A stretch of 32,000 nucleotides of DNA from Gemmatimonas aurantiaca T-27. GTDB taxonomy: Bacteria > Gemmatimonadota > Gemmatimonadetes > Gemmatimonadales > Gemmatimonadaceae. Positions 25,750-32,000 of the stretch are shown piece by piece. The notes beneath the pieces are model-generated. The model did not search any database. It saw nothing but the letters and a program-made list of their open reading frames with translations, and was not told the origin of the DNA. Both the position numbers and the translations under genes were made by a program. The stretch is from positions 2,021,646-2,053,645 of the forward strand of contig NC_012489.1 of the NCBI RefSeq assembly GCF_000010305.1, read 5' to 3'. How positions within the stretch are numbered: position 1 is the first letter of the stretch; each line of letters opens with the position of its first letter.

Positions 25750-26358
25750 ATGCCGCTCACCAAGCGACAGCGCGAAATTCTCTCGTTCCTCTCCGAGTAC
25801 AACGAGGTCAACGGCTATGCGCCCAGCTTCGAGGAGATCGCGTCGCAGTTCAACTATAACTCGCTTGCGACGGTGCATGAGCATCTGACCAACCTCGAGC
25901 GCAAGGGGTACATCAAGCGCTCGTACAACGAGAGCCGCGCCATCGAGATCCTGCCGTCGGAGATCTACCAGCGTTCGGTGGAGTTACCGCTCCTGGGTTC
26001 TGTGGCGGCCGGTGCACCCATCGAAGCGGTACACAGTGGCGAGACGATGGCCGTGCCCGACGGGTTCTTGCGCCGGAACGGGAGTCACTATGTCCTGCGG
26101 GTGCGTGGCGACTCGATGATCGAGGAGCATATCCGCGACGGCGACTTTGTCGTGATCAACGACAAGCAGGCAGCCGACAACGGCGAAATGGTCATCGCCC
26201 TGCTCGATGGCTCGGGGGCTACCGTGAAGCGTTACTATCGCGAGCGTGATGGGCGCATCCGTTTGCAGCCAGCCAACGAAACGATGCAGCCGCTGTTTGT
26301 CCACGAAGACGACGTCCGCATCCAGGGCATCGTGGTCGGGGTGTTGCGCCGCTATTGA
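25750..26358 (+). CDS. lexA: LexA repressor (SOS regulator, S24 autopeptidase)
   Basis: Track ORF trimmed to ATG 25750 (GGAG lies 5 nt upstream), giving 202 aa. Winged-helix N-terminus MPLTKRQREILSFL, cleavage site VAAGAP, catalytic Ser in RVRGDSM, and Lys in ATVKRY. Confidence 0.9.
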   Translation: MPLTKRQREILSFLSEYNEVNGYAPSFEEIASQFNYNSLATVHEHLTNLERKGYIKRSYNESRAIEILPSEIYQRSVELPLLGSVAAGAPIEAVHSGETMAVPDGFLRRNGSHYVLRVRGDSMIEEHIRDGDFVVINDKQAADNGEMVIALLDGSGATVKRYYRERDGRIRLQPANETMQPLFVHEDDVRIQGIVVGVLRRY

Positions 26359-26365
26359 ATGAGTC

Positions 26366-26393
26366 GGCGCGCCTGAAACCGATCAGGCGCGCC
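26366..26393. terminator. Stem-loop (11-bp perfect GC-rich stem, 6-nt loop) between the convergent lexA and trpD genes; probable bidirectional terminator
   Basis: GGCGCGCCTGA (26366-26376) pairs with TCAGGCGCGCC (26383-26393). The right arm includes the trpD stop codon. There are no clear U-tracts. Confidence 0.5.
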
Positions 26394-27420
26394 AGCGCTG
26401 GGAAGCGGCTCGCAGGCGTTCCAGCGCGGTGTATCCGACGCCCGCCGCCAATGCAGAACGGGTCTGTGCCACGGCGTCGGCATACGTCAGGTCGTCTCGG
26501 CTGACATACAGGGCCGCGGCGGCATTCAGCAGTACCGCCGCTTGTGCTCCTGTTGAACCCGCGCCCTGCAACACGGCCTCAATGATCTCCGCGTTCTGCG
26601 CCGGATCACCACCGGCCAGCGACTCGGCGCTGACTGCACCCACGCCAAAGGCGGCGGGATCAATGGTCCAGCGGTGCACCGCGCCATCGCGCGCCTCGCG
26701 TACCTCGGTCAGGCCCAGCGGCGAGATTTCGTCCACCCCCGGAGCGCCGTGCACGACCATCGCGCGTACCGATCCGAGCTGCATGAGTGCGTTGGCGAGC
26801 AACTCGAGGCGTGCGATTTCCGCCACACCCACCACCTGACGGCCGGCACGGGCCGGATTGGCCAGCGGGCCCACGATGTTCATCACGGTGGGCACGGCCA
26901 GTTCACGGCGAATCGGGCCCACGTGACGCAGCGCCGGGTGCATGAGCGGTGCGAACATGAACACAATGCCCGCCTCCTCCAGCGTGGCAGCCATGGCGGC
27001 GGGCGTGGTTTCGATCACGACGCCCAGTGCCTCCAACACATCCGCGCTGCCCGATCGGGATGTGAAAGACCGGTTGCCATGTTTCGCGACCCGCACACCC
27101 ATGCCTGCCGCCAACAGGGCGGAGGCCGTGGAGATGTTGAACGTCGTCAACGAGCCGCCGCCCGTGCCGCAGGTGTCCACCAATGCGTTCGGGTCCGCCG
27201 CCGGCAGCACCACCATGGCGTCGCGCAGCGCCCGCACCACGGCAGCCACTTCCGACGGCGTTTCCCCTTTCACTCGCAGGGCCATCAGCAACGCGGCCAC
27301 CTGGGCCGGGGTGCCCTCGCCACGCATGATCACCTTGAAGGCCTGATGCAGCTCTTCGCCATCCAGCGGCTGATGCAGCGCGAGCCGCCGAATGGCAACG
27401 GCCAACGCCTCAGCGGGCAT
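26383..27420 (-). CDS. trpD: Anthranilate phosphoribosyltransferase
   Basis: Track ORF trimmed to ATG 27420, giving 345 aa. DTCGTGGGSLTTFNISTASA and VAKHGNRSFTSRSGSADVLEALG. The start overlaps the upstream GAF gene by 11 nt. Confidence 0.9.
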   Translation of the reverse strand: MPAEALAVAIRRLALHQPLDGEELHQAFKVIMRGEGTPAQVAALLMALRVKGETPSEVAAVVRALRDAMVVLPAADPNALVDTCGTGGGSLTTFNISTASALLAAGMGVRVAKHGNRSFTSRSGSADVLEALGVVIETTPAAMAATLEEAGIVFMFAPLMHPALRHVGPIRRELAVPTVMNIVGPLANPARAGRQVVGVAEIARLELLANALMQLGSVRAMVVHGAPGVDEISPLGLTEVREARDGAVHRWTIDPAAFGVGAVSAESLAGGDPAQNAEIIEAVLQGAGSTGAQAAVLLNAAAALYVSRDDLTYADAVAQTRSALAAGVGYTALERLRAASQRWRA

Positions 27421-28720
27421 GCAGTGTCTCCAGCAGCGCCTGCGGCAACCCGTTGCGCGAGGCAATCAGCGAGATCACCAACCCGAGCAGACGCACACGC
27501 TCTACGTCTTCTTCGGTGTAAATCCCGCGTTGGGCCCGGTTGGTCAGGTTGAGCACACCCACCAGTTCGTCGTGATAGACGAGTGGGAAGCTGATGAAAC
27601 TGCCGGTGGTGAAGTACTGATCACGCAGCAGCGGATGCTGCGAAGCTTCCCGTACATCCTGCACCAGCAGCGGCTCACGGGCTGCCGCCACCCGGCCGGC
27701 CACGCCTTCGCCGATCCGGATACGCATGCCTTCCACGATGTTGGGCGCGATCCCGCGGGCGGCCGCCAGGTAGAGATGATCCGGCTCCGGCGCACGCAGC
27801 ATGAGCGAACAGCGCTGGGCCTGCATATCGTCGCCCACGAGGGCCAACAGCGCGTCCACCAGGGTACGCGCATCGGTGGTTTCGGCATCGAGTGACAACG
27901 CGCGATCCACCAGGTACAGCGTGCGGGTGCGCTGACGCAGGGCTTCGCTGCGCCGGTGCAGTTCGATGTGGGCCTGTTCGAGCTGGCCCACGGCCGACGC
28001 GAGTTGCTGATCGGCCAGCTCCGCCTTCCGACCCGCACGACGCATCTCCTCCTGCGCCCGCGCGGCATCGGCCTGCAGGGCGATGGCTTCGGCGGAGTGG
28101 AATGCGGTGACCTGGCGGGGCGTGTTGCGCACTTCGCGCAGTTCGGCTTCGAGCACCGAGAGCTTGCGCACGTATTCACCGTGCACGCGCTGGGTGACAT
28201 CCTCGAGCGTCCGCACGGCTTCTTCGCGGGCATCCCGCTCGGAGATGCGGGCATAGGCCAGGTCGAACAGCGCAACGGCCGGCGCAATCCGCTCGGTGGT
28301 GCGGGTGCCGAAGATCTTGCGTGGCTCGTACAGCGCCAGCACGGCCCCGAGTTGTCCCTCCACCCGAAGGCCTCGCAACGCCAGCACTCCGCCGTCCAGC
28401 GCCGTGGCAAAACCGCACAGGCGCGCGTAGTCGGCCGATCGGTCGGTGACGTCGAGAAATGGACCACCCGCCAGAATCCGGGCCCGAACCGGCTCAGGGA
28501 GGTGATCGAACGTGGTCTCGATACTGGTCCGATGCACCTGTGCGCCCACGGGGGTGTAGCGGTCCCGGAGCATGTCCCGGCGCGCATCGTAGTGGATGAG
28601 CGCTACGGAGGCCCCGCGATCGAGTTCGGCGAGGCATTCGCCGAGGGCGACGAGCGCGCCATCGAGGTCGGGGGACGCCGTGAGGGCGTGCGCCAGTGAT
28701 GCGAGGGAACGTGGGGGCAT
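27410..28720 (-). CDS. GAF - coiled coil - GAF protein with no recognisable output domain
   Basis: Track ORF trimmed to ATG 28720 (MPPRSLASLAHAL...); ATG 28759 is an alternative. The C-terminal GAF domain is clear (RCSLMLR...IGEGVAGRVAAAREPLLVQDV...SFISFPLVYHDELVGVLNLTN). The central ~100 aa are heptad-like and E/R/A/Q-rich. The N-terminal third looks GAF-like but weaker. Confidence 0.7.
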   Translation of the reverse strand: MPPRSLASLAHALTASPDLDGALVALGECLAELDRGASVALIHYDARRDMLRDRYTPVGAQVHRTSIETTFDHLPEPVRARILAGGPFLDVTDRSADYARLCGFATALDGGVLALRGLRVEGQLGAVLALYEPRKIFGTRTTERIAPAVALFDLAYARISERDAREEAVRTLEDVTQRVHGEYVRKLSVLEAELREVRNTPRQVTAFHSAEAIALQADAARAQEEMRRAGRKAELADQQLASAVGQLEQAHIELHRRSEALRQRTRTLYLVDRALSLDAETTDARTLVDALLALVGDDMQAQRCSLMLRAPEPDHLYLAAARGIAPNIVEGMRIRIGEGVAGRVAAAREPLLVQDVREASQHPLLRDQYFTTGSFISFPLVYHDELVGVLNLTNRAQRGIYTEEDVERVRLLGLVISLIASRNGLPQALLETLHAR

Positions 28721-28826
28721 GACGAGTGAAAGAGACGTGGAGAAAACGTCAGCGACCATCACAATGCAATGGGCGGCGCTTCGTGAGTTGAAGCGGACGC
28801 CCCCCTCGCCTAGCTTCCCCGCGCTT

Positions 28827-29606
28827 ATGGACCCGCGACCGATCCTCCTGGTAACCCAGTACGACGGGGGGCGATTCGCCGGCTGGCAGCGCCAGCCCGA
28901 CGTGCGCACCGTCCAGGGTGACATGGAGCGGGTCCTGGGGCGTCTTTCCGGGGGGCTGTACGTGCCTGCCGTGGGCGCCGGCCGCACCGACGCCGGGGTG
29001 CACGCCCACGGTCAGGGCGTTGGCGTGCGAATGCCTCCTCAGTGGACCGCCCCGCGGCTCCGGCGTGCCATGAATGCCTTGCTGCCCGACGACATCTGGG
29101 TGGCCGCGGCGTACCAAATGGAGCCGGAATTCCATCCCCGGTACAGCGCAACGGCGCGGCGATATGGTTATCTTATCGGGACGGATGAATTGGCCTCGTC
29201 GCCGTTTCGCCGTCGCCACGAATGGGCACTCCATCGCCCCCTCGATGTCGAAGCGCTGCACGGCGAGGCTGCTGAACTGCTGGGAGAGCACACGTTCCGG
29301 GCGTTTGCCATAGCTCATACGGCGCCGGTCGACGATCACCACCGCTGCATCATTCATCATGCGGCGTGGGTGCCTCGCGAAGGCGGCTGGGTGTTCGAGG
29401 TGTCGGCAAACCGCTTTCTCCATCACATGGTGCGATTCCTGGTCGGGACGATGGTCGATGTGGCGCTGGGGCGCCGTCCGCGTGGTACGATCGCGCGGCT
29501 ATTGGTCACACCCGACAACGCGGACACCTCCCCGCCAGCACCCGCGCACGGTCTGTCGCTGCGCGAAGTGACGTATCCCGCGGCGCTGTACGCACAGGAA
29601 GGCTGA
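28827..29606 (+). CDS. truA: tRNA pseudouridine(38-40) synthase TruA
   Basis: Track ORF trimmed to ATG 28827, giving 259 aa. LLVTQYDGGRFAGWQRQP and the catalytic-Asp motif GAGRTDAGVHAHGQ. Confidence 0.9.
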   Translation: MDPRPILLVTQYDGGRFAGWQRQPDVRTVQGDMERVLGRLSGGLYVPAVGAGRTDAGVHAHGQGVGVRMPPQWTAPRLRRAMNALLPDDIWVAAAYQMEPEFHPRYSATARRYGYLIGTDELASSPFRRRHEWALHRPLDVEALHGEAAELLGEHTFRAFAIAHTAPVDDHHRCIIHHAAWVPREGGWVFEVSANRFLHHMVRFLVGTMVDVALGRRPRGTIARLLVTPDNADTSPPAPAHGLSLREVTYPAALYAQEG

Positions 29607-29607
29607 T

Positions 29608-31074
29608 ATGACCGCGATGCTTGCTTCTCTCACCCACCGCCGCGCCACGATGCGCTCCCGTGTCACGCTGGTGGGGCTGGTGGCGCTCGCGCTCGTCGGC
29701 TGCGAGGGGTTCAATCCCTCCGACTCGGGCGCGCAGCAGTCACGCACCCTGCCCCCTCCGCAGCCAGCGGGTCCGGTTCCGGCGCAGTCCATCAATGCGT
29801 CACGGCGTTCGGCCATCACCACCGCCGTCGAACGGGTGGCGCCAACGGTCGTGACCGTGCAGACCGAAACCGTCGAACGGGTTCCCGTCGACATCTTCGA
29901 CTACATGATGGGTGGCCGATCGGGCGAACGCCGCAATGCGGGCATCGGCTCCGGCTTTGTGGTGCGCAATGACGGGGTGATCGTCACCAATGCCCATGTC
30001 ATCGCGGGTGCCACGTCGGTGTCGGTGGCCATGCGCGACGGCACGACGTATCGCGCCACGGTGGTGGGCGTCGACGAAACCAACGATCTCGCGGTCGTGC
30101 GCATCAGCGCCAAGGATCTGCCCACGGCGCAACTGGGTCGCTCCAGCGATCTGATCGTCGGCGAATGGACCATCGCCATCGGCAATCCGTTTGGCTTCGT
30201 GCTGGGCAACACGGAGCCCAGCGTGTCGGTGGGTGTGGTGAGCGCGGTGGGACGCAACCTTGCCGGTCGCACCGAAGGTGGTGGTGTCTACATCGACATG
30301 ATCCAGACCGACGCGGCCATCAATCCCGGTAACTCCGGCGGCCCGCTGGTGAACGCCAACGGCGAAGTGATCGGTGTGAACAGCTCGATCTATTCGCCGA
30401 GTGGCGGATCGGTGGGGCTTGGGTTTGCCATCCCGATCGATCGTACGCGGCGCATCGTGGAAGACCTGCTCGAACATGGTGCCGTGCGGCATCCGTGGGT
30501 GGGCATCCGGTTGCAGACACCGCAGGTGCAGAGCGCACGGGAAGTGGCGTCGCTGGGCGCGGTGGTGGCGCGCGTGGCACCGGGATCACCCGCCGAGCGG
30601 GCCGGGGTGCGTGTAGGCGATCAGATCACGGCCGCGGCCGGGCGCCCGGTGCGCAATCCGTACGAATGGGAAGCGCGACTGCTCGATTTGCGCGTGGGCG
30701 AGTCGCTGGCCATCACACTGCGGCGTGCTGGGCGCGAGGTGCCCGCCAACATGCAGGTCGGTGATGCCCCGGAAGTGACCGCTCCCAAGGTCACCGTGCT
30801 GCGCGAATTGCAGCTCGTGACCGTGACCGATGCCATTCGCCAGGAACGTGGTATCGCATCCAACGCTGGTGCCCTCGTGTTCAAAGTGTCCGATCGCATT
30901 CGCGATGAGATCGGCCTGCAGGAAGGCGATGTGATCGCGCAAGTTGGACGCTCCCGTGTGGCATCGGCGCAGGAAGTGTCCGAAGCCATCGATCGGCAGG
31001 GCGCCCGCGGCGCCGTCGTGCTCGTGTTCGAGCGCAACCGACAGTATTTCCAGACGCAGTTCACCCTTCGTTGA
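29608..31074 (+). CDS. htrA: HtrA/DegP-family serine protease with two PDZ domains, probable lipoprotein
   Basis: 488 aa. Catalytic triad contexts TNAHV, NDLAVVRI and GNSGGPLVN. Two PDZ-like segments (VARVAPGSPAERAGVRVGDQI; VFKVSDRIRDEIGLQEGDVI). A lipobox LVGC follows MRSRVTLVGLVALA, so ATG 29650 is an alternative start. Confidence 0.85.
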   Translation: MTAMLASLTHRRATMRSRVTLVGLVALALVGCEGFNPSDSGAQQSRTLPPPQPAGPVPAQSINASRRSAITTAVERVAPTVVTVQTETVERVPVDIFDYMMGGRSGERRNAGIGSGFVVRNDGVIVTNAHVIAGATSVSVAMRDGTTYRATVVGVDETNDLAVVRISAKDLPTAQLGRSSDLIVGEWTIAIGNPFGFVLGNTEPSVSVGVVSAVGRNLAGRTEGGGVYIDMIQTDAAINPGNSGGPLVNANGEVIGVNSSIYSPSGGSVGLGFAIPIDRTRRIVEDLLEHGAVRHPWVGIRLQTPQVQSAREVASLGAVVARVAPGSPAERAGVRVGDQITAAAGRPVRNPYEWEARLLDLRVGESLAITLRRAGREVPANMQVGDAPEVTAPKVTVLRELQLVTVTDAIRQERGIASNAGALVFKVSDRIRDEIGLQEGDVIAQVGRSRVASAQEVSEAIDRQGARGAVVLVFERNRQYFQTQFTLR

Positions 31075-31079
31075 GTTCC

Positions 31080-32000
31080 GTGACCGCTCCAGACCGTTCT
31101 CCGCACGCTACGTACCAGTCGCCGCTCGCTGATCGCTACGCCTCGAAGGCGATGCTCACGCTTTGGGGTGGACAGACCCGTTACGGACTCTGGCGCCGCC
31201 TCTGGCTCGCCCTGGCCGAATCGCAGCAGGCTCTGGGCATCGACATTCCCGATGCCGCCATCGCGGAGATGCGTGATCATCTCGACGATATCGATTTCAC
31301 GGCCGTCGCGGCGTACGAAAAGTCGTTCCGCCACGATGTGATGGCGCATGTGCACGCGTTCGGTGATGTCGCGCCGGCGGCCCGCAAGTTCATCCATCTG
31401 GGTGCCACGAGCTGTTACGTCACGGACAACACGGAACTCGTGCTGATGCGCCGTGGCCTCTCGCTGCTGCGCGAGAAGTTGCTGGATGTGCTGGAAGCGC
31501 TGGGTGGGTTTGCCCGCGAGTGGAAGGACGTGCCGGCGCTGGGCTACACGCACCTCCAGCCCGCGCAGCTCACCACGGTGGGCAAGCGCGCCACGTTGTG
31601 GATGCAGGATATCCTGCTCGACTTGGAAGACCTCGAGTATCGCATTGCCTCGCTGCCTTTCCGTGGCGTGAAGGGCACCACGGGCACGCAGGCCAGTTTC
31701 CTCACACTGTTCGACGGCGATCACGCGAAGGTGCGCGAACTCGATCGCATGGTGTGCGAGCGCATGGGGTTCAAGACCTCCATCCCGGTCAGCGGCCAGA
31801 CGTATTCCCGCAAGGTGGATGCGCAGGTGCTGGGTGTCGTGGCCGGCATCGCCTCCACGGCGTCGAAGTTCTCGGGCGATATCCGCATGTTGCAGGCGTT
31901 CGGTGAACTCGAGGAACCGTTCGAGAAGAACCAGATCGGTTCGTCGGCCATGGCGTACAAGCGCAACCCGATGCGCTCGGAGCGCATTGCGGCACTCGCC
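31080..32000 (+). CDS. purB: Adenylosuccinate lyase; N-terminal 307 codons, runs off the right window edge
   Basis: Not in the ORF track because there is no stop in the window. Hand translation from GTG 31080 gives (M)TAPDRSPHATYQSPLADRYASKAMLTLWG...RHDVMAHVHAFG...IHLGATSCYVTDN...GYTHLQPAQLTTVGKR...GVKGTTGTQASF...GSSAMAYKRNPMRSERI (fumarate-lyase signature). TTG at 31071 is an alternative start. Confidence 0.9.
   Translation, partial: MTAPDRSPHATYQSPLADRYASKAMLTLWGGQTRYGLWRRLWLALAESQQALGIDIPDAAIAEMRDHLDDIDFTAVAAYEKSFRHDVMAHVHAFGDVAPAARKFIHLGATSCYVTDNTELVLMRRGLSLLREKLLDVLEALGGFAREWKDVPALGYTHLQPAQLTTVGKRATLWMQDILLDLEDLEYRIASLPFRGVKGTTGTQASFLTLFDGDHAKVRELDRMVCERMGFKTSIPVSGQTYSRKVDAQVLGVVAGIASTASKFSGDIRMLQAFGELEEPFEKNQIGSSAMAYKRNPMRSERIAALA

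Noticed and set aside
27544-28587. 347-aa minus-strand ORF in an alternative frame of the GAF gene
   Set aside because: It is on the same strand but out of frame with the ORF that carries the recognisable GAF motif. Its translation is R/P/C/W-rich, which is implausible for a real protein.
30621-31724. 367-aa minus-strand ORF
   Set aside because: It spans the htrA/purB junction in antisense. Both plus-strand genes are unambiguous.

Overview
GC-rich, very gene-dense bacterial chromosomal window. I call 30 protein-coding genes, 24 of them on the minus strand, with only about 0.8 kb non-coding in total. I recognised no rRNA, tRNA, CRISPR array, transposase or integrase. G/C-dominated third codon positions produce many long spurious antisense ORFs in the supplied track. 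Two edge-truncated genes are missing from the track and were translated by hand: recQ at the left edge and purB at the right edge.

Layout, left to right:
1. recQ (partial), then a 163-bp hairpin element with 44-bp arms and an AT-rich core, then a double-domain U32 peptidase-family gene.
2. A minus-strand chain of overlapping or abutting genes: aspS-phoH-ybeY-CNNM-CNNM-meaB-methyltransferase. After a 96-bp structured gap it continues with a B12-binding mutase small subunit, an acyl-CoA carboxyltransferase, a split AtuA and a 50-aa membrane ORF.
3. A plus-strand outer-membrane beta-barrel candidate coupled to rlmN.
4. An atypical trp cluster: GAF gene-trpD, lexA on the opposite strand, then trpC-trpF-trpB-[HEAT-repeat gene]-[HD-GYP gene]-trpA-HD(YqeK-like)-LytR_C.
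5. truA, a lipoprotein-type HtrA protease, and purB (partial).

The most interesting observations:
- A two-gene HEAT/HD-GYP cassette is wedged between trpB and trpA. It joins them by 4-nt, 1-nt and 32-nt overlaps, and its two proteins share a paralogous N-terminal domain.
- An output-less GAF-coiled coil-GAF gene overlaps trpD.
- Phased CTTCGG direct repeats lie in the lexA/trpC divergent region and are a candidate operator.
- The large inverted-repeat element lies upstream of recQ.
- The acyl-CoA block has an orphan carboxyltransferase and a B12 small subunit, but no partner subunits in the window.

All functional calls rest on motifs read by eye. No database search was possible, so novelty claims are hypotheses.
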